Of a stretch of DNA of 64,000 nt, positions 1-10,600 are shown piece after piece (the stretch's first letter is position 1; every line of letters starts with the position of its first letter). This DNA comes from Bacteroidetes bacterium HGW-Bacteroidetes-16 (GTDB lineage Bacteria > Bacteroidota > Bacteroidia > Bacteroidales > F082). Below the pieces are notes generated by a model. It did not search any database and was not told where the DNA came from. It worked only from the letters and a program-made list of their open reading frames with translations. The stretch lies in contig PHDN01000015.1 in the NCBI GenBank assembly GCA_002840975.1, forward strand, positions 35,192 to 99,191, written 5' to 3'. The translations under genes and the position numbers were made by a program.

Positions 1-1278
1 TGGGTTTTCGTAAGTGCCGGTATATATCAGTACCAAAGCAGTCATGGTACAAATCACCACGGTATCGATAAAAGGTTCGAGCAACGAAACATATCCTTCT
101 GTCACGGGTGTGTTGGTTTTAACAGCCGAGTGGGCAATGGCTGCAGAACCTACGCCTGCTTCATTTGAAAAGGCTGCTCGCTGGAAACCTACGATTAATA
201 CCCCAACTAAACCGCCTTTGATGGCATCGGCTCCAAAAGCCCCATTAAATATCAAAAGGAGGGCGTCACCGGTATGTTGAATATTCATAAGAACAATGAC
301 CAATGCCGTTCCTACATAAATAAACGCCATAAACGGAACGATTTTGTCGGTAACCCTGGCAATTCCTTTAATCCCTCCGATGATCACCACTGCAACCAAA
401 ATAGCCAGGATAAGACCGAAATAGGCACCATATCCGGCGATGTCAGGTACGATATAAGCCAGTTGGGCAAAAGCCTGGTTGGCCTGAAACATATTCCCCC
501 CGCCAAACGAACCTCCAATAACAAGGATGGCGAAAACAAACGACAACACCATGCCCAAACCTCCAAGACCTTTCTTTTTTAAACCATCACGCAAATAGTA
601 CATCGGCCCCCCGGAAACAACGCCATTGGAATCAATTTCGCGGTATTTCACTCCCAGCGTACATTCTGTAAATTTCGAAGCCATACCCAGCAATCCGGCA
701 ACAATCATCCAGAAAGTGGCTCCCGGCCCGCCAATAGAAATGGCAACCGCAACACCTGCGATGTTACCGAGCCCTACAGTAGCCGAAAGTGCCGTAGTAA
801 GCGCCTGAAAATGCGTTACCTCTCCTTTATGTTTCGGATTGTCGTAAACTCCTTTTATAAGTAAAATAGCATGTTTAAATCCCCGAAAATTGATAAAACC
901 CAATACTAAACTGAATGTAACAGCACCAAAAATCAACCATATAACCACCAATGGAATCTGCGTCTCCAGTGGCACTCCATCGGGACCTAAAACCGGCTTT
1001 CCAAGTTCATCATAAATAATGGGATCGTACAAACCCATCGATTTAAATGGATCCCAGAACAACACAACAGCCAATCCATTTACTACAGGAGTAAAAGCGT
1101 TGTCGATACGTTGACTAACAGTCAGGTCATCCACATTTTCCACCCTGTCTTCAACCGGAATGCCCTGTTGGGCAACAAACAAAGTATCCCCGTTGGACTG
1201 ACTTATGGCCGGAACCGATGATAAAAACATTGAAAATATACTGATCAGCAGGAAAATAATGGTACTTTTTTTATTCAT
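1..1278 (-). CDS. Sodium:alanine (amino acid) symporter, AGCS family; partial, C-terminus runs off the 5' window edge
   Basis: Reverse translation from ATG at 1276-1278 gives [16 protein letters not shown]... with AGCS hallmarks ([28 protein letters not shown], multiple TM helices). The frame is open down to position 1. The + strand ORFs 14..280 and 274..582 are antisense artefacts. Confidence 0.75.
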   Translation of the reverse strand, partial: MNKKSTIIFLLISIFSMFLSSVPAISQSNGDTLFVAQQGIPVEDRVENVDDLTVSQRIDNAFTPVVNGLAVVLFWDPFKSMGLYDPIIYDELGKPVLGPDGVPLETQIPLVVIWLIFGAVTFSLVLGFINFRGFKHAILLIKGVYDNPKHKGEVTHFQALTTALSATVGLGNIAGVAVAISIGGPGATFWMIVAGLLGMASKFTECTLGVKYREIDSNGVVSGGPMYYLRDGLKKKGLGGLGMVLSFVFAILVIGGSFGGGNMFQANQAFAQLAYIVPDIAGYGAYFGLILAILVAVVIIGGIKGIARVTDKIVPFMAFIYVGTALVIVLMNIQHTGDALLLIFNGAFGADAIKGGLVGVLIVGFQRAAFSNEAGVGSAAIAHSAVKTNTPVTEGYVSLLEPFIDTVVICTMTALVLIYTGTYENP

Positions 1279-1416
1279 TTTGACGCATTTTCAATCGTTA
1301 AACTTTAAAATGGAATGCAATGATAATAAAAAATGGTTGTTTGTCAGTTGATTTACCACCTTAAACATTGAAAATAACGTTATCAGGTCCCTGTTTTGAA
1401 TTATAAAATCAAACAG

Positions 1417-1424
1417 TATCTTTG
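1417..1424 (+). promoter_or_regulatory. Bacteroidota sigma-A type -7 box (TAtcTTTG) upstream of the glycosyltransferase gene; a TTG lies about 19 bp upstream at 1396-1398
   Basis: Exact match to the TAnnTTTG consensus 31 nt upstream of the ATG at 1456. The identical octamer recurs before lpxB at 47498. Confidence 0.35.
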
Positions 1425-1455
1425 GCTTGTTCCAAATCAACAATAAAATACCACC

Positions 1456-2601
1456 ATGAGAATCGCGATCTTACTATTAAATGAAGGCAGGGGCAGTGGC
1501 GAAGTAGCGCGTGAACATGTAAAGCATTTATTGGCTCTGGGCCACACTGTTTATTTCCTGTATCCTGGTAACATCAACGGAATCGACGGGGCTGTGAATA
1601 TTGATGTTAAGCTACATACCGATGTTTATCCTGTGCATGAGTACCTGCCTTCCGCCGGGGAAAATCAAAAACAAGTGGCCCGTATGGATGTGGAAGAGAT
1701 GAGTCGTTATGCGCATGATTATGAGTTGGCTTTGGATAAAATAGCAGGTGAGACAGATATCTTTATCGGACACCACGCCAATGTGACCGCTGTTGCGGTG
1801 CAACGGGTGGCACAAAAATTCAACAAACCCTATGTAATTTTCGTACATGGAACAGGAATTGAACCACGTCATCATGGACTTTGGGACGATGGAAACTGGA
1901 TACTCATCGAAGAGGCTATCATCAAGGCAAATGGAATTTTGGTGACTACCGAATACGTTCGTGATGTACTGGTTAAACCACTGGTGAACCTTCCTGACGA
2001 TCGGTTTTTAATTTTGCCCTGTGGTGTGGACTTAATCGCCTTTCAACCTCAGAAATATGGAGAGGTAAAGCAAAAGTATCAGTTAACAGGCGATTATGTC
2101 ATCTGTCCGGGAGTTTTGACTTTGTCCAAGGGACCAATGAATGTGGTAGAGGCCTCTAAACACTATGCCGATCTGGCTCAAACCATTTTTATAGGAGAAG
2201 GCGAATTAGGCCCGGTTTTGGAAGCGAACCTGGGTGCACGCGGAAAGTTGCTGGGTTTTGTTTCTTCTTTAGAAAAAGCTCAGTTGATCAATGGAGCCGC
2301 CATCCTGACCGCGGCACCTGAAAAGTTGGAGCATTTTGGAATAATCTATGTAGAAGCACTGGCCAGTGGTGTGCCGGTTGTGGCTTATTCAGGTGGCGGT
2401 GTCGATAGCATTGTTACATCGGGGGTGGGCGTTTTAACCGACCGAAATCCTGAAATTTTAGGTCAAACCATCCGGCGTTTGCTTCAAGATGTTGCTTTGC
2501 GTAAAAAGCTTTCGGTCAACTGTAGGGAAAGAGCAGAGAATAATTATGATTACCATCAGTTGGTTAGTAAGTTGGCTACCTGGTTGCAGGGGTTTTTGTG
2601 A
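1456..2601 (+). CDS. Glycosyltransferase family 4 (GT-B fold, group 1)
   Basis: 381 aa. The C-terminal EX7E-type motif EHFGIIYVEALASGVPVVAYSGGGVDSIV is typical of GT4 retaining transferases. The donor and acceptor are not assignable. Confidence 0.7.
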   Translation: MRIAILLLNEGRGSGEVAREHVKHLLALGHTVYFLYPGNINGIDGAVNIDVKLHTDVYPVHEYLPSAGENQKQVARMDVEEMSRYAHDYELALDKIAGETDIFIGHHANVTAVAVQRVAQKFNKPYVIFVHGTGIEPRHHGLWDDGNWILIEEAIIKANGILVTTEYVRDVLVKPLVNLPDDRFLILPCGVDLIAFQPQKYGEVKQKYQLTGDYVICPGVLTLSKGPMNVVEASKHYADLAQTIFIGEGELGPVLEANLGARGKLLGFVSSLEKAQLINGAAILTAAPEKLEHFGIIYVEALASGVPVVAYSGGGVDSIVTSGVGVLTDRNPEILGQTIRRLLQDVALRKKLSVNCRERAENNYDYHQLVSKLATWLQGFL

Positions 2602-2670
2602 TATCCTTACATCCCTGGTGCAAGCTTCTTTCCGATACCTATCGGTAGGTGCATTTGAGCACCACCTTCG

Positions 2671-3489
2671 TTACTTGCTGTAGTCACCCGGCCTAAACCA
2701 TTCAAAGATTTCCTCTTCCTGTGTATTCCATCCAAGAAGCCAGGCTGTCAGCCGGTCCACTTTTAAGATTTCCATGTCGTAACCCACCCTGAGCATAATG
2801 TCGTCAGGATAGAGTTCTGTGGCTTTGGTGTGTTTTTCACGGGTTTGGGCATAGGTAGTGTACAAATCCCAAGCTCCGTATATATGTAAGATTTCATGGG
2901 CAATGATCGATGTTACCGGCATCCCGGCTCCGTTATCGTATCGCTGATAAACCAATATCCCTTCCAGAAAATATTTCTTTTTGCTCATTCCTTTTGCATA
3001 CCGCAGGGCATAAGAAATCCCATCTGCACGGGCAAATACAACCACATGTAACTTCTTGTTGTGGTATTTCTTCGACATTTTGCGGTAAGCATGCCGTGCA
3101 TTGCGATAGCCCGCTTTTTTTACTACATTGCCTATCCAATCCACTCTTTCTTTTCCGCTCCCTGTACCCGAAGAAATGCTGTCGAACAAAATATTTCTTC
3201 CTTCAACAAGTTCATCTGTATGGAAATACAATGGTGTTTTCCACCGGTTGGCCTGACTAATAAGCCATTGTTGGGATTCGTGCAATGAAGCAAGCATCGT
3301 CGCTTTCTCTGAAAATGACCATGGATTGTTTTCTATTTCAACAAAACAATACACTGTTTGCACCGTATCGCGTAGCTCGCCAGCACTTCCTGCTTTCCAG
3401 CGATCGCCAGGTTGAGCTGTTAAACTAAAACCTGCCAGGGAAAGGAGTAGCGAAAAGAGTTCAATTATTTTTTTGCGATAATTACCCAT
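2671..3489 (-). CDS. Secreted hypothetical protein with an HExxH zinc-metalloprotease-like motif
   Basis: 272 aa. N-terminal signal peptide (LFSLLLSLAGFSLTAQ). Motif IIAHEILHIYGAWDLY. No confident family assignment. Confidence 0.5.
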   Translation of the reverse strand: MGNYRKKIIELFSLLLSLAGFSLTAQPGDRWKAGSAGELRDTVQTVYCFVEIENNPWSFSEKATMLASLHESQQWLISQANRWKTPLYFHTDELVEGRNILFDSISSGTGSGKERVDWIGNVVKKAGYRNARHAYRKMSKKYHNKKLHVVVFARADGISYALRYAKGMSKKKYFLEGILVYQRYDNGAGMPVTSIIAHEILHIYGAWDLYTTYAQTREKHTKATELYPDDIMLRVGYDMEILKVDRLTAWLLGWNTQEEEIFEWFRPGDYSK

Positions 3490-3513
3490 GAAAGACAGGT
3501 GATAACATGTTAA

Positions 3514-4689
3514 CTAGTCGTAACAAAAAGTTCCATATTCCGACTGAATGGTCAGCTGTTTTTTTTCGGACGCTTCTACATGGCCAACAATTCGGGCGTC
3601 AATCCCAAACGATTTAGAAATGTCGATCAACTCCGGTGCAACATGTTCAGGAACATACAATTCCATGCGGTGGCCCATGTTGAACACTTTGTACATCTCT
3701 TTCCATTCGGTTCCCGATTGCGCTTGTATCATTTCAAACAAGGCGGGAGTAGGGAAGAGGTTGTGCTTTATTACATGTAGATTTTCGATAAAGTGTAGCA
3801 CTTTTGTCTGCGCACCTCCGCTACAGTGAATCATGCCGTGGATAGACGACCGGTGGCCCTCCAGCATGGATTTAATAACTGGAGCATAGGTACGTGTGGG
3901 TGAAAGCACCAATTTACCGGCATCCAAGCCTTTTACGGGACTTGGAGCCGTGAGCTTCAGATTCCCTGAATAGGCCAGGTGTGCTGGAATACCTGGATCG
4001 AAGCTTTCGGGATATTTCAAAGCGATTTCATGTTTAAAAACATCGTGACGTGCTGAAGTAAGTCCGTTGCTTCCCATGCCGCCATTGTAAAAATTTTCAT
4101 AATGAGCCTGACCATCAGATGCCAAACCGACAATTACATCGCCTGGTTGGATGTTGGTTTGGATGATATTCTTACGCAATGTCCTGGCAGTGACGGTGGT
4201 GTCGACAATGATGGTTCTTACCAAATCACCCACATCTGCTGTTTCGCCACCCGTCAGGTGCATGTCAAGACCGAGGCCGCGCATGTTTTCCAGAAATTTT
4301 TCCGTACCATTGATGATGGCTGCAATTACCTCACCGGGTATCAGGTTTTTATTTCTTCCTATGGTTGATGAAAGCAATATCCCGTCGGTGATGCCCACGC
4401 AAAGCAAGTCATCCAAATTCATGACGATGGAATCCTGCGCAATGCCTTCCCACACGCTGAGGTCGCCGGTTTCTTTCCAATAAAGGTAAGCAAGCGAAGA
4501 TTTTGTCCCGGCCCCATCCGCGTGCATCACATTGCAATAATCCGGGTCTTTGCCGAGATAATCGGGTATTATCTTACAAAACGCGTTGGGGAATAGTCCT
4601 TTGTCAAGGTGCCTGATGGCATCATGCACATCTTCCTTCGAAGCGGAAACACCTCGCTGCAAATACCTTGATTCTTCGTGATCGGTCAT
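3514..4689 (-). CDS. purM: AIR synthase-related protein (PurM-like phosphoribosylformylglycinamidine cyclo-ligase, long Bacteroidota form)
   Basis: 391 aa. PurM-type N and C domains (HADGAGTKS, DMHLTGGETADVGDLV). This length and layout match the Bacteroides-type PurM. Confidence 0.6.
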   Translation of the reverse strand: MTDHEESRYLQRGVSASKEDVHDAIRHLDKGLFPNAFCKIIPDYLGKDPDYCNVMHADGAGTKSSLAYLYWKETGDLSVWEGIAQDSIVMNLDDLLCVGITDGILLSSTIGRNKNLIPGEVIAAIINGTEKFLENMRGLGLDMHLTGGETADVGDLVRTIIVDTTVTARTLRKNIIQTNIQPGDVIVGLASDGQAHYENFYNGGMGSNGLTSARHDVFKHEIALKYPESFDPGIPAHLAYSGNLKLTAPSPVKGLDAGKLVLSPTRTYAPVIKSMLEGHRSSIHGMIHCSGGAQTKVLHFIENLHVIKHNLFPTPALFEMIQAQSGTEWKEMYKVFNMGHRMELYVPEHVAPELIDISKSFGIDARIVGHVEASEKKQLTIQSEYGTFCYD

Positions 4690-4753
4690 AAGTTGGTTTT
4701 CTCTGAGCTGATAACCGGGCAGATAAAAAATGCTGTTAACACCCGCGATGGTC

Positions 4754-7216
4754 CTATTCTATGGTTAGTTTATGTGTTTTGGTGTTGAAATTATATTTGC
4801 CAAACTGTTTCATCAACCCGTCACCAAACACCAGCCCATAATTAAGTTTATAAGTCACCTTAAGTTGCACATCGTTGATGGTTACACTGCCAATGGTGAT
4901 TTCTTTGATATTGATTAATGCCCTATCGGCGATGGTGTTGTTGACCAGAACTTTCTCAGGATCCCCTTCGAAGTCTTCCTTGCTAATGGCTCCCCATTTC
5001 AACAGATCCATGGCCTTGTCGAGCGAGATCATCGGATCGGCGCCTTTGTCAAAAGCGAAAGCTTCGTTATACCCATTGATAATACAGGTGGAGAGATAGG
5101 TTCCTGTTCCGCCTTGTTCAGTAAAAAGCACCGAGTTATCATCGGGGTCGGTTACGATGTTGATGTCTACGATATCCAAATTGGTTCCAGCCGGGACGTA
5201 ATCTTTGCGCAACACCCTGAATTCTGATCGCCTGTTCATTTGATGGGCAGCTTCTTTTTCACTTTCAGAGGTAAGCGAGTTGATATATTCTTCGTTAAGG
5301 ACAGATCCTTCTTTAAACAGGAATCCTTCTCTGATTTTGTCACTTTTAAGTTTAAGCGGTACGCGTTCTCCATAGCCTTTTGCCACCAGTCGTTGTGGAT
5401 CGATTCCCCTGATGATGAGGTAATCGACAACCGATTGAGCCCTTCGTTGTGACAGGATATCGTTGCGTTCGTCGCTGTCGCGGAAGTCGGTGTGCGAAGC
5501 CAGTTCGATTACCAGGTTGGGATTGTCGCGCAGGGTTTGAACGAGACCTTGCAGCGAATCTTCATACTGTGGTTTAAGATCCCATTTAGCGAGGTCATAC
5601 AGGATTTCAGGTAACATGATGGGTTCTGCAGGGATGGGTTGAAGCATGAAATCCTTCTCAAAATCTTTGCTGAATTCAACACCAACGGTTGTGAAACTTC
5701 CTTTTACGTTGAAATAGTTTGGTTTTGTAACAATTACTTCATAAGTGGTGTTGGGTTCCAGTTGGCTTTTGCCAAAGGAGTAGTACCCCTTGTCGTTTGT
5801 TCTGGTTGATACAGACGAACCTGATGAGCCAACCATTTGTACGGTAGCATCTTCCACAAAAAGCAGGGTGCGGTCGTCTTTCACGGTTCCCTTCAAGGTG
5901 AACTCCAACGGAGGTTGAATAAAATACCAAATATCTTCCAATCCACGTGTTCCCTTTCTGTTTGAGCTTAGAAATCCATATTCATCCTTGGGATGAAACA
6001 CAATTCCAAAATCGTCGGAGGTGGAATTAATGGGATACTTTAAATTTTTAGGGGACCCCCACTTGCCGGCTGTATCGATGGTTGTGACAAAAATATCCAA
6101 ACCGCCCATGCCACCGTGACCGTCGCTGGCGAAATAAAGTGTGGTGTCGTTGCGTAAAAAAGGAAACAGTTCATCGCCGGGAGTGTTTACCACATCGCCA
6201 ATATTCAATGGACGGCCAAATCCATCACTTTTACTGTCGCGGTAAGCCACCCAGATATCGTTACCTCCTATTCCACCACGCCTGTTGGCTGAGAAATAAA
6301 TGATTAGTTCGCTTTTGCTAATGGTTGGTTGCCCGATTGTTGACAGTGTATCAATACCTTTTATATCGACCATCTCAGGATCGGTCCAGTTGCGGCCACT
6401 GCGTTTTGACGTATACACCTGACAGCCGGATTCAATTTGCTCCGTGTTGGGGCAACGTGTAAAATAAATGGTGTTAAATTGCGAATTGAAGGTGGCAGAG
6501 CCTTCATTGCCCTTGGTGTTGAGGGTTTCTGAATTGTCCAACGGTACCGGTGTGGACCATTCATCTTTCCGGTCTGTTTTGGCAACAAACAAATCGCTAA
6601 AACTCTGTCCTGTCCATTTGTCCGTATCTTTTCCCTGGGTGCCTTCGCGGGTGGAGGTAAAAGCAATTTCGTTATAGTTTTCGCTTGTATAGGCAGGAGC
6701 AAAGTCAGCCTCGCGCGAATTGATATTTTTTATGTTGGTGACTTCATATTTAGATGGGTTCTCAATCCATTCTTGCACCAGGAGCGTAGTTTCTGCACCT
6801 CTTTTACCCCTGGGATCATCCGGCACTCTTTCGGTATAGGCATTGTATTGTACGACGGCCTCAGCAAAATCTCCACCAATTTTTAAAGCATCGGCATAGC
6901 GCAACAGGATCTCCGGGTTTCTCTTATCGTATTCGTTCTTTATCAATCGTTTGTACGATGCTTCGGCCCGATTATAATTTCCGGTTAGCCGATAGCATTC
7001 GGCCATCTGGGCTGTAATCCGGTTCTTTTCTTCCTTGTTTTTTTTAACTTTTGTGTAGGCTTTTTTATATTTATCGATGGCTACGGTATACTGTTGTTTC
7101 GAAAAGGCTTCATCTGCACTTTTAGCAGGATTACGTTGGGCGCTTAAAAGAATAGGGAAAACCAGCAACAGCATAAGAAGCATTGATGCGGAAAACAGTT
7201 TATTCATAGGTGCCAT
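4754..7216 (-). CDS. Multidomain OmpA-family protein: signal peptide, TPR repeats, TolB-like beta-propeller repeats, carboxypeptidase-regulatory-like domain, OmpA C-like domain, plus a ~200 aa C-terminal extension
   Basis: 820 aa. TPR region (AECYRLTGNYNRAEASYKRLI). Repeated GGxGGxDIxV propeller blades. OmpA motif ASHTDFRDSDERNDILSQRRAQSVVDYLIIRGIDPQRLVAKGYGERVP. Confidence 0.7.
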   Translation of the reverse strand: MAPMNKLFSASMLLMLLLVFPILLSAQRNPAKSADEAFSKQQYTVAIDKYKKAYTKVKKNKEEKNRITAQMAECYRLTGNYNRAEASYKRLIKNEYDKRNPEILLRYADALKIGGDFAEAVVQYNAYTERVPDDPRGKRGAETTLLVQEWIENPSKYEVTNIKNINSREADFAPAYTSENYNEIAFTSTREGTQGKDTDKWTGQSFSDLFVAKTDRKDEWSTPVPLDNSETLNTKGNEGSATFNSQFNTIYFTRCPNTEQIESGCQVYTSKRSGRNWTDPEMVDIKGIDTLSTIGQPTISKSELIIYFSANRRGGIGGNDIWVAYRDSKSDGFGRPLNIGDVVNTPGDELFPFLRNDTTLYFASDGHGGMGGLDIFVTTIDTAGKWGSPKNLKYPINSTSDDFGIVFHPKDEYGFLSSNRKGTRGLEDIWYFIQPPLEFTLKGTVKDDRTLLFVEDATVQMVGSSGSSVSTRTNDKGYYSFGKSQLEPNTTYEVIVTKPNYFNVKGSFTTVGVEFSKDFEKDFMLQPIPAEPIMLPEILYDLAKWDLKPQYEDSLQGLVQTLRDNPNLVIELASHTDFRDSDERNDILSQRRAQSVVDYLIIRGIDPQRLVAKGYGERVPLKLKSDKIREGFLFKEGSVLNEEYINSLTSESEKEAAHQMNRRSEFRVLRKDYVPAGTNLDIVDINIVTDPDDNSVLFTEQGGTGTYLSTCIINGYNEAFAFDKGADPMISLDKAMDLLKWGAISKEDFEGDPEKVLVNNTIADRALINIKEITIGSVTINDVQLKVTYKLNYGLVFGDGLMKQFGKYNFNTKTHKLTIE

Positions 7217-7256
7217 AGTTTTTTATCGTTAATCTTTAAACGGATTCAATTGATAA

Positions 7257-7571
7257 TTATTGGATGATGTCCTCTTCTTTGGCAGGGGATTCTACTTCCT
7301 TGGTACCAGGTTCTGTATCTTGAGTGGTGACAGGTTCATTTTCCTTTTTCAAAGAGTTTTTGTATGCCTCCAGCCGCTTTTCCCGGTCCAGCTTGTCAGC
7401 CTCCCTGTTGATTTCTGTTTTAATATCCTCGGAAGCGCGCTTAACTTCGTTAATAAACTTCCCCAATCCCCTTGCAATTTCAGGAATTTTACCGGGACCA
7501 AACACCAATATAACGGCCAATACGATTAGAAATATTTCGCCTGATCCCAGATCAAAAAAAAGTAGCGTCAA
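7257..7571 (-). CDS. tatA: Twin-arginine translocase subunit TatA/E; probable TTG start at 7569-7571, since the ATG-initiated ORF 7257..7631 adds an implausible N-terminal extension
   Basis: Core FDLGSGEIFLIVLAVILVFGPGKIPEIARGLGKFINEVKRASEDIKTEI aligns with the TatA TM helix and amphipathic helix. Canonical TatA begins just before the TM helix. Confidence 0.65.
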   Translation of the reverse strand: MTLLFFDLGSGEIFLIVLAVILVFGPGKIPEIARGLGKFINEVKRASEDIKTEINREADKLDREKRLEAYKNSLKKENEPVTTQDTEPGTKEVESPAKEEDIIQ

Positions 7572-7660
7572 TTGAGATTGATTTAATGATGCGAGCAAAA
7601 TTACAAAAAAAAAGTCCCGCTGCGACAGCAACGGAACTTTAGAACTTTTTGTAGACTCTA

Positions 7661-10600
7661 TTATTTCTTCCCTTTTCTCGCAGTTTCAGCCTTCAGTTTC
7701 ATTTCACGTTCTTCTTTATCACCCTTAAGTAAATCGTATGCAAGAGGACTCGCCGTAAATACGGATGAGTAGGTTCCTATCACAATACCAATCAGCAATG
7801 CAAAGATAAAGCCACGGATCACTTCACCACCGAAGACAAAGATAACCAATAAAACCACGATAGTTGTTCCCGAAGTGTTCATGGTACGAGCTAAGGTGCT
7901 ATTCAAACCTTCGTTCATATTGCGCAAGATGGTGTGTTTTGGGAATAATTTGACGTTTTCACGAATACGGTCGAAAATAATCACCGTATCGTTGATGGAG
8001 TATCCAATGATCGTAAGGATGGCTGCGATAAATGCCTGATCGACTTCCATATTAAATGGCAACAAGCCATAAAATATAGAGAACATCCCCATGGTGATGA
8101 TGGTATCATGCGCCAAAGCGGCCACACCGGCCACACCGTATTGCCATTTTTTAAACCGGATAGCGATGTAGATGAAGATAATAATCAAGGCAAAGAAAAT
8201 GGCCATATAGGCTTTGTTGCGGATGTCATAGGCAATGGTTGGACCTATTTTCTGTGAACTCAGAATTCCAAGCAGTTTATTTTCACCTTCGGTATCTGAT
8301 GAAAAATCCACATAACTCAACTCTTTAGAAAAAAGACCTTTTAATCCCTCGTACAGTTTTTTCTGAATGATGCCGTCTACTTCCGGGCCATCCGATTCGA
8401 TCATAAATTTAGTGGTCACTTTTATCTGCGAATTGGCTCCAAAGGTCTTAATTTCAGGCGCCATATTATCAAATTGGGCAGTAAGTGCCCCACGGGCTTT
8501 TTCTGCATCAATGTCCTTGTCGAACCTGACTACATAGGTTCTGCCTCCTGTAAAGTCGATACCATAGTTAAGACCTCTAAAGGTAAGCGACGCAACACTG
8601 ATTAAAATGAGAAAACCAGAAAAGATATACGCTTTTTTACGGCTCTGAATAAATTTAAAACTCGTATTTGCCAAAACGTTGGCGGTGAATTTGGTTGAAA
8701 AGTTCACCGTTTTGTTGGTGCGTTCCATCCATAAAAAGATCAAACGGGAGATAAAGATGGCTGTGAACAATGACGACAGGATACCAATAATCAGAGTAGT
8801 TGCAAATCCCTGAACAGGTCCGGTTCCAAACACATACAATACAATACCTGTTAAGAGGGTGGTTACATTCCCGTCGATAATGGCCGAATAGGCGTTTTGA
8901 TACCCATCGGTAATGGCGAGTCGTATGCCTTTTCCTGCCCTGATTTCTTCTTTAATACGCTCGTAAATAATAACGTTGGCATCCACAGCCATACCCAAGG
9001 TTAGCACAATACCTGCCATACCGGGGAGCGTAAGGACGGCTCCCAAAGAAGCCAGGATTCCAAATAGGAAGAAGATATTGGTGACAAGTGCCGCACTGGC
9101 CACCATACCGGCCCGATTATAATATACAATCATGTACACCAGAACAAGGATAAAGGCCAGAATAAAGGAGTTCATACCCGCTGATACGGCTTCGCGACCC
9201 AAAGATGGGCCTACCACGGCTTCTTCAACAATTCGTGCGGGAGCAGGTAGCTTCCCGGCTTTTAGTATGTTTGCAAGGTCCTGGGCTTCATTTAAATCCA
9301 TGGAACCTCCCGAAATGGAAGAGCGGCCATTGGGAATTTCGCCATTAACAACCGGATAAGAATATACATAATTGTCGAGCACGATGGCTATTTGTTTTCC
9401 AATGCTTTCACCAGTTAATCTTTTCCAGACCTTAGCACCTTGACCATTCATCTGCATATCAACAGATATTCCACCATTTTGATCGTAATCCTGACGGGCG
9501 TTCTCAATTACGTCGCCACCAAGAGCTGCAGCACCATCGCGGTAACTGGCTTTAAGGGCGATCAGCTCAAGAAGATCAGGAGTTCTTGGATCCGGTTTAA
9601 CGGACCAGACAAATTTAAGGTCACGGGGGAAAATATCAGATACTTTTTTAAGCATCTGGTTGATACGAGCCGTGTCTTTAATGGCTGCTATACCAACACG
9701 GGCAGTTGCTCCCGGTGTCATTCTTCCTGACTCATCCTGAAAATAGGAAGGTTGCAGGTAAGCATAAAGCGGATAGTTTTTTGCCCGTTCGGCGATAGTC
9801 ACTTCTGAACTCTCGTTCGTTGTATCGGCTTCAAGTTTTTCCAGGAGTTTGTTGGCAGAGGCATCGGCACTATCAGGTGTTTTTATTTCGTTTTCAGGTT
9901 TTTGATTGTCACCATTGGCTGCTATTTCTTCTGAAACTATTGTCTGTAGATTGTTTGAGCTATCGGCAAGTGTTTCTTCCTCGAGTACAATCTCAGCCTT
10001 TAACTGGGCATTGGCCTCATCAAAATAGGTGTACAGATCCGAGAAGTTATAGGTTTCCCAAAATTCAAGTTTTGCAGTGCCCTGAAGCAACTTACGAACA
10101 CGTTCCGGATCTTTGATGCCGGGAAGCTCAATCAGGATTCTTCCTGTGGTAGCTAACCGCTGGATATTGGGCTGAGCCACGCCAAAGCGGTCGATACGGG
10201 TGCGAAGAATCTGATAAGAACGGTCGATGGCATCATCGGCTTCAGACTTTATTACCTTTAATACTTCCTCATTGGTCGAGTTGGTAGTAATACCTTTGTC
10301 TTTAAACTCGTACAGAAAGATAGAGGCTAACCGGGCATTGGGATCCAGTTCATTAAACGATTCACCAAATAAGGTCACAAAACCCTTATTGCTGTTTTTT
10401 TGCTTTTCATGTGCCAATTTCATGGCTTGCACAAACACAGGATCCTTGCTGTTCCCTGAGAGAGCTGTCACAATATCGCCCACTGATACTTCCAGTACCA
10501 CGTTCATACCCCCTTTTAGGTCGAGACCCAGGTTGATTTCCCTTTCCTTGGCTTGCCTGTAAGTATATTGATCGACCAGGATGTTATAAACAACCACGTT

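Noticed and set aside
14-808. Several short + strand ORFs at the window start (14..280, 274..582, 626..808)
   Set aside because: They lie antisense within the AGCS symporter gene, whose minus-strand frame is continuous from 1278 to the window edge.
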